Shown: positions 1-9,953, counted from the stretch's first letter. The stretch is 64,000 nucleotides of DNA from Eubacteriales bacterium (GCA_045635885.1 JAZTWO010000076.1:81842-145841), one strand, 5' to 3'. Notes: a model not told the origin generated them from the sequence alone. Program-made: numbers and translations.

Positions 1-390
1 TTTGAATTGCTTTTTGAAAGAGAATTTCGCCTTGAAGAAAGCGCAGATGAAATTTTTGCACTTTCAACAGAAAATCGTGACATTGATGCAGTTAAAGAAA
101 AGTATATCAAAAACACCTATTTTGGTGTGGTTGAACACCAGAATGAAATTGATGAACTTATTACCGAAGCATCTAATGGTTGGAAGGTTTCAAGACTTTC
201 TAAAACAACTCGCTCTGCAATACGCCTTTGTGTTTACGAAATGATGTATTGTAAGGACATTCCTCACACAGTTTCAATTAACGAGGCACTTGAGCTTGTT
301 AAAAAATACGATGACCTTAAGTCACGTTCATTCACAAACGGTGTGTTGAATAATATCAAAAATAAGCTTGAAGCAAATAATGAACAGTAA
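1..390 (+). CDS. nusB: Transcription antitermination factor NusB (5' end outside window)
   Basis: Frame 1 is open from base 1. The C-terminal portion (GWKVSRLSKTTRSAIRLCVYEMMYC...INEALELVKKY...SFTNGVLNNI) looks like the NusB helical domain. It sits upstream of xseA/xseB/ispA, as in other Firmicutes. Confidence 0.85.
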   Translation, partial: FELLFEREFRLEESADEIFALSTENRDIDAVKEKYIKNTYFGVVEHQNEIDELITEASNGWKVSRLSKTTRSAIRLCVYEMMYCKDIPHTVSINEALELVKKYDDLKSRSFTNGVLNNIKNKLEANNEQ

Positions 391-1327
391 AAAAATATAC
401 CTTGGCATTGATACAAGCAATTATACAACGTCGGTTGCCGCTTGCAACGAGCAAGGGGAAGTTATTGCCAATATCAAAAAATTGCTGGAAGTTAAAGAGG
501 GCGAAAGAGGACTTCGTCAAAGTGATGCTGTGTTTGCTCACATCAAGAATTTTCCGGAAATTTCTAAGCAAGTTCAAAATGAGCTTGCAGGATATGAAAT
601 TTCGGGTGTTGGTGTGTCAATTTCCCCTCGTGATGTGTCGGGGTCTTATATGCCATGCTTTCTTACAGGAATAGCAGTTGCCGAAATGATTGCGGCTACA
701 CATGGTGCGCCCGTTAGATACTTTTCACATCAGGCAGGACATATTATGGCTGCATTGTATTCAAGTGGCTCACTCGAACAGTTGATTTCGGGCCAATTTG
801 TTGCTTTTCATGTGTCTGGTGGTACTACTGAAGCTCTTTACGTTACGCCAAATGGTCATTCGTTTGACGTTGAGATTTTGTTTGATACTGCCGATATAAG
901 TGCGGGTCAGGCAATTGATAGAGCCGGCGTAATGATGGGAATGAAATTTCCATGCGGTAAAGAAATGGAAGCTTTGGCGAAAGAGAATTGTGTCAAATTG
1001 TCAAAACCAAGAATATGCGTAAATGATACTCAATGCAATTTGTCGGGGCTTGAAAATATAGCTAAAAAGTTGTATGAGGAAAGTGGCGATAAGGCATATG
1101 TTAGTGCATATGTTTTGAATTTTGTTGCAGAAACTTTGGTTTCTATCACAAAGCGAATAAGAGAAAAGCATTCCGACTTGCCAATTATTTATGCCGGTGG
1201 AGTTATGAGCAATATGTTCTTGAAAAATAAACTTTCTCAATTTGAAAATACTTATTTTTCTGAGCCCGCTTTTTCTGCCGACAATGCCGCAGGTATTGCA
1301 CTTTTAACAAGAAATTCTAATAAATAA
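380..1327 (+). CDS. Kae1/TsaD-like ASKHA-fold protein (peptidase M22/glycoprotease family paralogue)
   Basis: YLGIDTSNYTTSVA N-terminal phosphate loop, SHQAGH (HxxxH metal motif) and YAGGVMSN near the C-terminus resemble TsaD/Kae1. The GGVVPE region of true TsaD is absent. ATG at 380 (TTG at 368 also possible) overlaps the nusB stop. Confidence 0.6.
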   Translation: MNSKKIYLGIDTSNYTTSVAACNEQGEVIANIKKLLEVKEGERGLRQSDAVFAHIKNFPEISKQVQNELAGYEISGVGVSISPRDVSGSYMPCFLTGIAVAEMIAATHGAPVRYFSHQAGHIMAALYSSGSLEQLISGQFVAFHVSGGTTEALYVTPNGHSFDVEILFDTADISAGQAIDRAGVMMGMKFPCGKEMEALAKENCVKLSKPRICVNDTQCNLSGLENIAKKLYEESGDKAYVSAYVLNFVAETLVSITKRIREKHSDLPIIYAGGVMSNMFLKNKLSQFENTYFSEPAFSADNAAGIALLTRNSNK

Positions 1328-1345
1328 AACATATGGGAGGAAGGT

Positions 1346-2554
1346 ATGGAAAATTCAAGAATGATACTCAGCGTTACGCAAATCAACGAATATATCCGTG
1401 CCTTGCTTGCACAAGATGAAGTTTTGTCTATGATTACTGTAAGAGGAGAAATCTCAAATCTTACAATTCATCGCTCAGGTCACATATATTTTACCCTTAA
1501 GGATGAAACAAGCGTTCTTAAGGCGGTTATGTTCCGTTCGAGCGCACAAAGAGTGAAATTTGCACTTAAAGAGGGAATGAACGTAATTGTGTACGGCAGA
1601 ATTTCATTATACACACCATCGGGGCAATATCAACTCTATGCAGAGGATATTCAACCCGACGGAATTGGTGCGCTTTATATCGCCTATGAGCAGATAAAAG
1701 ATCGCCTTGCTAAAGAAGGGCTTTTTGACCAAAGCAGAAAAAAGCCAATTCCCAAATTGCCATCAACCGTTGGCATAATTACTTCACCAACGGGAGCCGC
1801 AATTCACGATATGATAAACGTTATGGGAAGAAGATTTCCGCTAACCAAGCTTTTGCTTTATCCTGCGCTTGTACAGGGGGATTCTGCATATCTTACCTTG
1901 ATGGCAGGCATTGAATATTTCAATCGCACCAAGAGTGCTGACGTTATCATTATCGGACGTGGTGGTGGCTCAATGGAAGATCTTTGGGCGTTTAATAGTG
2001 TTGATCTTGCATATGCAGTTGCGGCATCTGAAATACCTGTGATTTCTGCCGTAGGTCATGAAAGCGATTTTACTATTTGTGATTTCGTTGCAGATTTGCG
2101 TGCCCCAACACCCTCGGCTGCGGCAGAACTTGCCGTGCCTAACTTGTACAATGTTAAAAGGGATATAAATAACAATCTTTTAGACATTGAAAAGTCATTG
2201 AATATAAAAATTGATAATTACAGAAAGCATTTGAACGTGCTTGCATCATCACGAGTTTTAACTTCAAAAGAAAGTTTGCTTGATGAGTATAAAATGAAAC
2301 TCAATATAGTCTCAGATAAACTTGATTATAATATGCAGGCGTTGTATAAGGAAAAGGCGCATACTTTGGGGCTTTTATGTGCAAAGCTTAATACAATAAG
2401 TCCGCTTAATACATTAACCCGTGGTTATGCAATAGTTCAAAATAGTGATAATAATGCAATCACTTCAGTTAAAGATATAAAGGTCAATGATCGAATTGCC
2501 GTCACCTTGTCAGACGGTAAATTTAGCGCATTGATTGATGATGTTGATATTTAA
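1346..2554 (+). CDS. xseA: Exodeoxyribonuclease VII large subunit
   Basis: 402 aa with an N-terminal OB fold (VRGEISNLTIHRSGHIYFTLKD) and a GRGGGSMEDLWAFN catalytic-core motif. RBS GGAGGAAGG lies before the ATG. xseB follows directly. Confidence 0.92.
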   Translation: MENSRMILSVTQINEYIRALLAQDEVLSMITVRGEISNLTIHRSGHIYFTLKDETSVLKAVMFRSSAQRVKFALKEGMNVIVYGRISLYTPSGQYQLYAEDIQPDGIGALYIAYEQIKDRLAKEGLFDQSRKKPIPKLPSTVGIITSPTGAAIHDMINVMGRRFPLTKLLLYPALVQGDSAYLTLMAGIEYFNRTKSADVIIIGRGGGSMEDLWAFNSVDLAYAVAASEIPVISAVGHESDFTICDFVADLRAPTPSAAAELAVPNLYNVKRDINNNLLDIEKSLNIKIDNYRKHLNVLASSRVLTSKESLLDEYKMKLNIVSDKLDYNMQALYKEKAHTLGLLCAKLNTISPLNTLTRGYAIVQNSDNNAITSVKDIKVNDRIAVTLSDGKFSALIDDVDI

Positions 2555-2567
2555 GGAGGAAAATCAA

Positions 2568-2801
2568 ATGGGTAAAAATGAAGTAATGTCTTTTGAGGCA
2601 GCTACTGCAAGACTTGAAGAAATTGTCAAGCTTCTTGAACGAGGTAATTCCTCTTTAGATGAATCGCTCAAACTTTATGAAGAAGGTGTTTCTCTTGTTC
2701 GCTTTTGTAATGAGGCACTTGATAATGCGGAGAAGAGAATTAAAATTTTGGTTCCAACTTCAAACGGTGAAATGAGCGAAAAAGATTTTTTTGAGGATTA
2801 A
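2568..2801 (+). CDS. xseB: Exodeoxyribonuclease VII small subunit
   Basis: 77 aa. FEAATARLEEIVKLLERGNSSLDESLKLYEEGVSLVRFC is the typical XseB helix-hairpin. AGGAGG RBS lies 8 nt upstream of the ATG at 2568. The track's longer ORF from 2535 overlaps xseA. Confidence 0.88.
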   Translation: MGKNEVMSFEAATARLEEIVKLLERGNSSLDESLKLYEEGVSLVRFCNEALDNAEKRIKILVPTSNGEMSEKDFFED

Positions 2802-2804
2802 TAA

Positions 2805-3653
2805 ATGTTAGATATTCAAAATAAGCTTCTTTCCAACTCCGATATGATGGAGAATGAGCTTAAAAATTGTTTTGCGTTATCAAATGTGGACGTAAGTCCA
2901 ATAATTGATGCACAAAGATATTCGATTCTTGGTGGTGGCAAAAGAATAAGAGCATTTTTGGTTTTGGAAATATGCAGATTGTTTTCTTCAGAAATTAAAC
3001 CTGCAATTCCTTATGCCTGCGCAATTGAAATGGTTCATACCTCATCATTGATACACGACGATATGCCTTGTATGGATGATGATGATATACGACGTGGTAA
3101 GCCCTCAACACATAAACAGTATGGTGAGGCATTGGCGTTGTTGGCGGGGGATGCTATGCTTTCAAAAGCATTTGAAACTGTGGCAACCAATCCCCATTTG
3201 TCAGATGCTGATAATATCAAAGCTACAAAAATTCTTGCTATCTCTACCGGAGATTGCGGAATGCTTGGCGGACAAACTATGGATATTGAAGCAAGCGAAA
3301 AAAAGCTCGACTTTGAAAAGCTTGTAAGACTTCATAAATTAAAAACAGGCAAGTTAATTTCTGCTTCTGCAAAGCTTGGTTGCATTGCTGCCGGTGTTTC
3401 TGAAAATGATGAAAGATATATTTGTGCAGTTAAATATGCAGAAAACGTTGGTTTTGCTTTCCAAATTTTAGACGATATTCTTGATTATGAAGAAGGAAAG
3501 AGAGAACTTAATTCATTCCTTTCTTTTATGAGTGTTGAAGAGGCAAGAAAATATGCTTCTGAACTTACAATATCGGGCATTGAAGCAATATCAAAATATG
3601 ATAACGGCACACTTACAAAGCTTGCGGAATATTTAACTTTAAGAAAATATTGA
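2805..3653 (+). CDS. ispA: Polyprenyl (farnesyl/geranylgeranyl) diphosphate synthase
   Basis: Two Asp-rich motifs are present: LIHDDMPCMDDDDIRRGKP (FARM) and FQILDDILD (SARM). It occupies the position after xseB. Confidence 0.88.
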   Translation: MLDIQNKLLSNSDMMENELKNCFALSNVDVSPIIDAQRYSILGGGKRIRAFLVLEICRLFSSEIKPAIPYACAIEMVHTSSLIHDDMPCMDDDDIRRGKPSTHKQYGEALALLAGDAMLSKAFETVATNPHLSDADNIKATKILAISTGDCGMLGGQTMDIEASEKKLDFEKLVRLHKLKTGKLISASAKLGCIAAGVSENDERYICAVKYAENVGFAFQILDDILDYEEGKRELNSFLSFMSVEEARKYASELTISGIEAISKYDNGTLTKLAEYLTLRKY

Positions 3654-3654
3654 T

Positions 3655-4440
3655 ATGAGAGCAGACGTTTATTTATTTGCTTCGGGAAATGCCAAAAGCC
3701 GCCAAAACGGTAAGGTGCTTATCGAGGCAGGAAATGTATTGATTGACGGTAAAAAAATACTTAAACCGTCAGTTGAAATTGATGAAAATTCAGAACATAT
3801 AGTTGAAATCATTAACAAGCCCAAATTCGTCAGTCGTGGCGGTGAAAAGCTTGATTTTGCACTTGAAAGTTTTGATATTGACGTGAATGGAAAAATCTGT
3901 ATTGACGTTGGAGCATCAACGGGTGGATTTACAGACTGCCTGTTGCAAAGAGGAGCTTCACAAATATATGCGGTAGATTCGGGACACAGTCAACTTGACT
4001 TAACTATTGAATCCGACAACCGAGTTGTATCAATTGAAAAATACAACGCCAAATTTATGTCTTCAAATGATTTCCCAGTGAAATTTGACATAGCGGTTAT
4101 GGACGTTTCCTTCATTTCGCAAACCCTTATTCACGCAGGAATTTTTGATGTGCTTAAGGATAACGGAATGTTGATTTCTCTTGTGAAGCCTCAGTTCGAA
4201 TGTGGCAAAAATGCCCTTAATTCTCAAGGTGTGATAAAAAAGACCTCATACCATGAAGAAGCGATTTGCAGGGTTATTGACAATGCGTTCCTTGTTGGTT
4301 TTTCGCCTATCAATATAGTAAAATCACCCATTGAGGGTGGAAGCGGTAATGTTGAATTTTTGGTTTGCTTCAAGAAATCTACAACACCGCAAAATTATAT
4401 AAAAGAAGATAAAATTAAATCAATTACAAGAAAAAAATAA
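3655..4440 (+). CDS. tlyA: TlyA-family rRNA 2'-O-ribose methyltransferase (S4 domain + FtsJ-like MTase)
   Basis: N-terminal S4-like RADVYL...SRQNGKVLIEAG, then VSRGGEKL and the SAM motif DVGASTGGFTDCLL. Confidence 0.87.
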   Translation: MRADVYLFASGNAKSRQNGKVLIEAGNVLIDGKKILKPSVEIDENSEHIVEIINKPKFVSRGGEKLDFALESFDIDVNGKICIDVGASTGGFTDCLLQRGASQIYAVDSGHSQLDLTIESDNRVVSIEKYNAKFMSSNDFPVKFDIAVMDVSFISQTLIHAGIFDVLKDNGMLISLVKPQFECGKNALNSQGVIKKTSYHEEAICRVIDNAFLVGFSPINIVKSPIEGGSGNVEFLVCFKKSTTPQNYIKEDKIKSITRKK

Positions 4441-4508
4441 ATTACTTATTCTGCATAAACGTAAACAGTATTTCTCCCCGGCGGTATGCAGAAATTGGAA
4501 GGAAAAAT

Positions 4509-5384
4509 ATGAAAAAAATTGCTATTGTAACTAACTTTAACATTTCAGATAAAGCCAATGCGGCTATGAAGGTTACTAATTATCTGCTCAAATTCGGATG
4601 TAAAATTCTTGTATCACAGTATAGCAAGGATAGAGTTCTTGCTTTGAAAAATTATAGAGGAAATGTTTACTTTTTGCCCGTGGAAAAATTGTATGACGAG
4701 GCAGACTTGGTAATCGCTCTTGGTGGTGATGGTACAATACTTGATTGTGCTAAAAAAATGGCTAAAAGAGGCAAACCTATACTTGGTATAAATCTTGGAC
4801 ATCTTGGCTATATGGCAGAACTTGAAATGGACGAACTTGCAGCACTTTCAAAGGTTATTGACGGTGATTATACCATTGATGAACGTGCTATGATGGATGT
4901 TCAGGTTATTAATAAAGATGGGGTTGTTAAATATAGATCAAGCGCTTTGAATGATGCTGTTATTTGTAATGGTTCAGTTGCCAAGATTATCAACTTGGAG
5001 CTTTATGCATCAGATAGTCTTGTAACATCATACAGGGCAGACGGTCTAATTGTTTCAACACCAACCGGCTCAACTGCTTATGCTATGAGTGCGGGCGGCT
5101 CAATTGCAGACCCCAAGGTTAAATGTAAATTGGTTACACCAATCTGCCCACATTCTTTTATTGCAAGGCAGCTTATCTTTTCTGATGAAACCAATTTAAA
5201 AATTAAAAATGTATCTGTTAGAGAAAAGTCCCTTATGTTAACAATTGACGGCAAAACAAATTGTGAGCTTTTTAGAGATGATGTTGTTAGTATTACAAAT
5301 TCAGAGCAAACAGTTAAGCTTGTTCGTCTCAAGGACTGCTCATTTTATGACATTTTAAGTCAAAAGATGAAAAACAATTACTAA
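4509..5384 (+). CDS. nadK: NAD(+) kinase
   Basis: GGDGTILD motif, NDAVI and STPTGSTAYAMSAGG motifs. 291 aa. GGAAGGAAA RBS. Confidence 0.92.
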   Translation: MKKIAIVTNFNISDKANAAMKVTNYLLKFGCKILVSQYSKDRVLALKNYRGNVYFLPVEKLYDEADLVIALGGDGTILDCAKKMAKRGKPILGINLGHLGYMAELEMDELAALSKVIDGDYTIDERAMMDVQVINKDGVVKYRSSALNDAVICNGSVAKIINLELYASDSLVTSYRADGLIVSTPTGSTAYAMSAGGSIADPKVKCKLVTPICPHSFIARQLIFSDETNLKIKNVSVREKSLMLTIDGKTNCELFRDDVVSITNSEQTVKLVRLKDCSFYDILSQKMKNNY

Positions 5385-5401
5385 ATATCAGGAGAATTGA
5401 T

Positions 5402-5866
5402 ATGAAAAAAGAACGTCAGAAAAAAATAAGAGAATTAGTTGAAAATAATAAAATTGATACACAGGACGAGCTTATAAAAAGACTTAAGGAATGTGGCTTT
5501 TCAGCTACTCAGGCAACAATGTCACGTGATATTAAAGAGTTGAAATTAAGTAAGGTTTCAGACGGTGTTAATGGTTATTATTATGTTCTACCCAACTCTG
5601 TGGGAGAGAATGATTTGAGCAAGCTTAAAGCATCGCTTACTCACCTTATCACTTCTGTAAATTGTGCCCAAAACATAATAGTTATCAAAACACTTCCCGG
5701 AATGGCACAGGCGGTCGCAACTGCAATTGACAATATCAAATCCGACGATATTCTTGGCTGCGTTGCAGGTGACGATACAATTTTTATTGTTATTGTTGAT
5801 AATGACGTGGCACAAAGTCTTGTTACCAGAATTCAAACAATGATGGCAGAATCTAAAATTCATTAA
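5402..5866 (+). CDS. argR: Arginine repressor
   Basis: 154 aa with a winged-helix N-terminus (TQDELIKRLKECGFSATQATMSRDIKEL) and the C-terminal oligomerisation/arginine-binding motif GCVAGDDTIFIV. Confidence 0.92.
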   Translation: MKKERQKKIRELVENNKIDTQDELIKRLKECGFSATQATMSRDIKELKLSKVSDGVNGYYYVLPNSVGENDLSKLKASLTHLITSVNCAQNIIVIKTLPGMAQAVATAIDNIKSDDILGCVAGDDTIFIVIVDNDVAQSLVTRIQTMMAESKIH

Positions 5867-5899
5867 ATAAATTCAACAAAGATAAAGAAAGGTACAATT

Positions 5900-7612
5900 A
5901 TGCATAAATTTAAAAAGATAGTTTCAGAAAAAGCACTCGAAGCAATAAAAGTTAATTTTCCTGATGCGGTAATTACATCCGAAGAGCTTGCAGGTATGCT
6001 TGAATATCCCCCCGATACAACTATGGGAGATCTTGCTTTGCCTTGCTTCAAGCTTTCAAAGGTACTTCGCCGTTCACCAGTTCAAATTGCACAGCTTATA
6101 GCTGATCAGTTACTTGACCCCGCAATTAAAAAGGCAGAGGCAGTTAATGGCTACCTTAACATTAGTATTAGTGATGAATATCTTGGCACAGTTTTGTGTG
6201 ACGATGTTCTTAAAAACGGAGATAAATACGGCTCTGCGGATTTTGGAAAGGGAAAGACAGTTGTTCTTGACTACTCATCTCCCAACGTTGCAAAGCCCTT
6301 CCACATTGGACACCTTGGAACAACCGTAATTGGTCACTCGCTTAAAAAACTTCACGAGTTTGTTGGATACGACTGTGTTGGTATCAACTATCTTGGCGAC
6401 TGGGGAACTCAGTTTGGTAAGATGATTGTAGCCTATAAAATGTGGGGCGATAGAGATGCAATTAATGAAGGTGGAATTGATAAACTTGTAGAACTTTATG
6501 TTAAATTCCATCACGCTGCAGAAGAAGATCCTGCTTTGAATGACGAAGCAAGAGCAGAATTCCATAAGCTTGAACTTGGTGACGAAGAAAATATCGCACT
6601 TTGGAAGTGGTTTATTGAAATCAGTGTTGCAGAATATAAAAAGACATACGGTCAGCTTGGAATTGAATTTGATAGCTATAAGGGTGAAAGCTTCTATACC
6701 GATAAAATGCCTGCACAGGTACAAAAGCTTCGTGATATGGGACTTCTCAAAATTGATGATGGCGCATCCATTGTTGACCTTGAAGAATATAATATGCCCC
6801 CATGCCTCATTTTGAAGCGTGACGGTTCAACACTTTATCCCACACGTGATATAGCGGCTGCTGTTTACAGAAAGCAAACATATGATTTTGATAAGGCAAT
6901 TTATGTAACAAGTGCAGGACAGAGCTTGCATTTTGCTCAGTGGTTCAAGGTTGTTGAACTTATGCAATACGATTGGCACGATAAGCTTGTTCACGTTCCT
7001 TACGGAACAGTAAGCATCAACGGTGCTAAACTTGCAACAAGAACAGGTAACGTAATTTTACTTAAGGACCTCTTTGCTCAAGCGATTGAAAAGGTATCTG
7101 AAATTATGGACGAAAAGAATCCTAATCTTGAAAACAAGGATAAGGTAGCAGAAGCAGTTGGCGTTGGTGCAATTGTATTCTACTATCTTTCAAGCAATAG
7201 AATCCGTGATATTAATTTCGTTTTGGAAGATGCACTTTCATTTGACGGTAATACAGGACCTTACGTTCAGTATACATATGCAAGAACTTGTTCTTTGATG
7301 GAAAAATCCGCCGATAAAGTACTTGATGGTAATATCGTGTTTACTTCTGATGACGAAAGAGAATTGGTAAAAACACTTGCTCGTTTCCCTGAAAAAGTAC
7401 TTGAAGCGCTTGATTTGTATGAGCCATCAGTAGTTACAAGATATATTCTTGACGTGGCAACTGCATTTAATAGATTCTATCATAACTGTCAGATTTTGTC
7501 CGTTACTGATAATGACGTGTTGACAACAAGAGTTGCGCTTACAAAGGCAACAAATTATGTTCTTGGCAATGCTTTTGAACTTATTTGTCTTAAGAAAACT
7601 GAAAAAATTTAA
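5900..7612 (+). CDS. argS: Arginine--tRNA ligase
   Basis: 570 aa class I aaRS with SPNVAKPFHIGHLGTTVIGH (HIGH motif) and a C-terminal DALR anticodon-binding region. Confidence 0.95.
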   Translation: MHKFKKIVSEKALEAIKVNFPDAVITSEELAGMLEYPPDTTMGDLALPCFKLSKVLRRSPVQIAQLIADQLLDPAIKKAEAVNGYLNISISDEYLGTVLCDDVLKNGDKYGSADFGKGKTVVLDYSSPNVAKPFHIGHLGTTVIGHSLKKLHEFVGYDCVGINYLGDWGTQFGKMIVAYKMWGDRDAINEGGIDKLVELYVKFHHAAEEDPALNDEARAEFHKLELGDEENIALWKWFIEISVAEYKKTYGQLGIEFDSYKGESFYTDKMPAQVQKLRDMGLLKIDDGASIVDLEEYNMPPCLILKRDGSTLYPTRDIAAAVYRKQTYDFDKAIYVTSAGQSLHFAQWFKVVELMQYDWHDKLVHVPYGTVSINGAKLATRTGNVILLKDLFAQAIEKVSEIMDEKNPNLENKDKVAEAVGVGAIVFYYLSSNRIRDINFVLEDALSFDGNTGPYVQYTYARTCSLMEKSADKVLDGNIVFTSDDERELVKTLARFPEKVLEALDLYEPSVVTRYILDVATAFNRFYHNCQILSVTDNDVLTTRVALTKATNYVLGNAFELICLKKTEKI

Positions 7613-7620
7613 GATAACTC

Positions 7621-7649
7621 TTGACAATATATTAATTCAGTGATAAAAT
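7621..7649 (+). promoter_or_regulatory. Sigma-A-type promoter for yebC (TTGACA-17-TAAAAT with TGn extension)
   Basis: TTGACA at 7621-7626, a 17-nt spacer, and TG at 7641-7642 followed by TAAAAT at 7644-7649, about 30 nt upstream of the yebC start. Confidence 0.55.
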
Positions 7650-7681
7650 TAACGAGTTATAAAAAGAGAGGTACATAGAAA

Positions 7682-8410
7682 ATGTCAGGACATAGTAAAT
7701 GGAATAACATTAAACACAAAAAAGAAAAAACAGACGCCCAAAAGGCAAAGGTTTTTACAAAGATTGGTAAAGAAATTACAATTGCAGTAAAGGCAGGCGG
7801 TGGTGACCCCACTGTTAACTCTAAACTTAGGGACCTTATTGCAAAGGCAAAATCAAATAACGTTCCCAATGATAATATTGAACGTACAATTAAGAAAGCT
7901 CTTGGTGAAACCAATACTACTTACGAAGAAATCGTTTACGAGGGCTATGGTCCCGCAGGAATCGCTGTAATTGTTGAAGCTTCAACTGATAACAGAAACA
8001 GAACAGCGGGCGACGTTCGTTCATATTTCTCAAAATTCAAGGGCAATCTTGGTCAAACAGGATGTGTAAGCTATCTTTTCACAGAGCAGGGCGTAATTAT
8101 CATTCTTAAGGAAAATGTAAGTGACGAAGATGCGCTTATGGAAACTGCACTTGAAGCAGGCGCAACAGACTTTGCATCTGAAGACGAAGTATTTGAGATT
8201 TATACAGAACCCGATGATCTTTATGCTGTTAATGATGCCCTTGTTGCCGCAGGATACGAAATCGAATCTTGCGAAAAGGATAAGATTGCATCAAACTACG
8301 TTACACTTGATAACGCAGATGATATCAAATATATGAACCTTTTGATTGAAAATCTCGAGGATCATGATGACGTAATGAACGTATATCATAACTGGGAAAA
8401 TTGCGATTAA
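7682..8410 (+). CDS. yebC: YebC/PmpR-family DNA-binding transcriptional regulator
   Basis: MSGHSKWNNIKHKK N-terminus and overall length (242 aa) are diagnostic of the YebC/TACO1 family. Confidence 0.92.
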   Translation: MSGHSKWNNIKHKKEKTDAQKAKVFTKIGKEITIAVKAGGGDPTVNSKLRDLIAKAKSNNVPNDNIERTIKKALGETNTTYEEIVYEGYGPAGIAVIVEASTDNRNRTAGDVRSYFSKFKGNLGQTGCVSYLFTEQGVIIILKENVSDEDALMETALEAGATDFASEDEVFEIYTEPDDLYAVNDALVAAGYEIESCEKDKIASNYVTLDNADDIKYMNLLIENLEDHDDVMNVYHNWENCD

Positions 8411-8437
8411 TCATCAAATTAACAAAAAGTTTACAAA

Positions 8438-8471
8438 CTCCACGAAGAATTCAACTTCGTGGAGTTTTTTT
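8438..8471 (+). terminator. Intrinsic terminator after yebC
   Basis: Perfect 10-bp stem CTCCACGAAG / CTTCGTGGAG (8438-8447 / 8455-8464) followed by T7. Confidence 0.75.
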
Positions 8472-8514
8472 GCAAAAAAACTTTAAAAAATTCGAATTTT
8501 TTTATAAAAAATGT

Positions 8515-8543
8515 TTGTAATTTGCAAATGTATATGATATAAT
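8515..8543 (+). promoter_or_regulatory. Candidate sigma-A promoter for the cdaA operon
   Basis: TTGTAA (8515-8520), a 17-nt spacer, then TGaTATAAT (TG 8535-8536, TATAAT 8538-8543). Confidence 0.45.
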
Positions 8544-8604
8544 AATAATTAATTATAATAATAATCAAACTTGATAGTTTTATTTTAGCTCGGGAGGGTT
8601 TAAT

Positions 8605-9519
8605 ATGGGAAAAATTACTTCAATTATCCAATCAATGCAAGACCTGCTTGAATTGCACGTTTGGCACAGAATAGATCATATCAGAATTATTGATATAATC
8701 GATATGATTCTCTTGGCAATTATTTGCTATAAAATAATCAACTTTATCCTTCAAAGAAGGGCGGTTAACGTCGCTTGGGGATTGATTATTGTTGTGCTGT
8801 CTGCAATGGTAACAACATTGTTTGACATGAAAGCACTAATGTTGATATTTAATAACATTATGCAAGTTGGTATTATAGCATTTGTAATTGTTTTCCAACC
8901 CGAATTGCGTGCCGTTCTTCAAAAGATAGGTAATGTGTCAATTCCAAACATTAAACACATTAATACCAAGCATATAAACGCTGAAAATAAATATAAAGAG
9001 TATATCGAAAGTTCTATCACAGTAATTACTGAAACTGCTTGTGATCTCTCTATGGAAAAAACAGGCGCTTTGATTGTTATTGAACGTGATATGAATCTTA
9101 GCGAGCATATTAAAACAGGTACTGTTCTCAATGCTCAAATGACAAGCCAACTTCTCAAAAACATATTCTTTAACAAAGCACCACTTCATGACGGTGCGGT
9201 AATTGTAAGAAACTATCGTATATATGCCGCAGGATGTTTCTTGCCACTTTCTTTTAATCAAGATATCGACGAATCATTGGGAACACGTCATCGTGCTGCC
9301 ATTGGTATAAGCGAAGTTAGTGATGCAGTTGTGATTGTTGTTTCTGAAGAAACAGGAAGAATTTCAATAGTACAAAATGGAGTTATTAAGCAGAATTATA
9401 GCTACAGTACATTGATAAAAGAGCTCACTAAAATTCTTATGCCTGAAGAGGATCCCAAACCCAATAAACGTACAAAGAGCAAAAAGTCAAATAAAAATAA
9501 ACAGGAGGAGACAGTATGA
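8605..9519 (+). CDS. cdaA: Diadenylate cyclase CdaA (membrane-anchored DAC domain)
   Basis: Three N-terminal hydrophobic helices followed by a DAC domain with GALIVIERD, PLHDGAVIV and LGTRHRAAIGISE motifs. Confidence 0.92.
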   Translation: MGKITSIIQSMQDLLELHVWHRIDHIRIIDIIDMILLAIICYKIINFILQRRAVNVAWGLIIVVLSAMVTTLFDMKALMLIFNNIMQVGIIAFVIVFQPELRAVLQKIGNVSIPNIKHINTKHINAENKYKEYIESSITVITETACDLSMEKTGALIVIERDMNLSEHIKTGTVLNAQMTSQLLKNIFFNKAPLHDGAVIVRNYRIYAAGCFLPLSFNQDIDESLGTRHRAAIGISEVSDAVVIVVSEETGRISIVQNGVIKQNYSYSTLIKELTKILMPEEDPKPNKRTKSKKSNKNKQEETV

Positions 9520-9953
9520 ATATCGAACGCAGTAATGAAACTGAAAACGAAGTAGAATTTGTTGAAAAATCCACAAATTTGTTACCCCAAAAAATAACAA
9601 AAACTCAAGTTCTTATCTTTTTGGCATGCTTAGTTTTTTCCTTTATAGTTTGGTGCTATGCAAACTACCTTGATGATCCAATAATCAAAAAAGATATTTC
9701 TTTTGATTTGGTTGCCGAGGGTTTTGAAAAGGGTGTAACTTTTGTTATTTATAATGATGATACCGAAGTTGATAGCTTTGAAATTTATGGTGAAAAATCA
9801 ACATTGTATCAAATCAATAATTACGAGATAAAGATTAAACCTTCTGATTTTGAAAACGAAAATGGTGTTTATGTTCACAGTTTGGAATTAAAAGATGGAG
9901 TTCATAGTCACACCGAAAAGATTGAAATCAAACTTATCCCAAAAGAAAAATGA
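9516..9953 (+). CDS. Small single-pass membrane protein in the cdaR position (possible one-domain YbbR/CdaR-like regulator)
   Basis: ATGA overlap with the cdaA stop. One TM helix (VLIFLACLVFSFIVWCYA) is followed by about 90 aa of beta-rich sequence. Assignment rests on position only; canonical CdaR is several-fold longer. Confidence 0.4.
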   Translation: MNIERSNETENEVEFVEKSTNLLPQKITKTQVLIFLACLVFSFIVWCYANYLDDPIIKKDISFDLVAEGFEKGVTFVIYNDDTEVDSFEIYGEKSTLYQINNYEIKIKPSDFENENGVYVHSLELKDGVHSHTEKIEIKLIPKEK

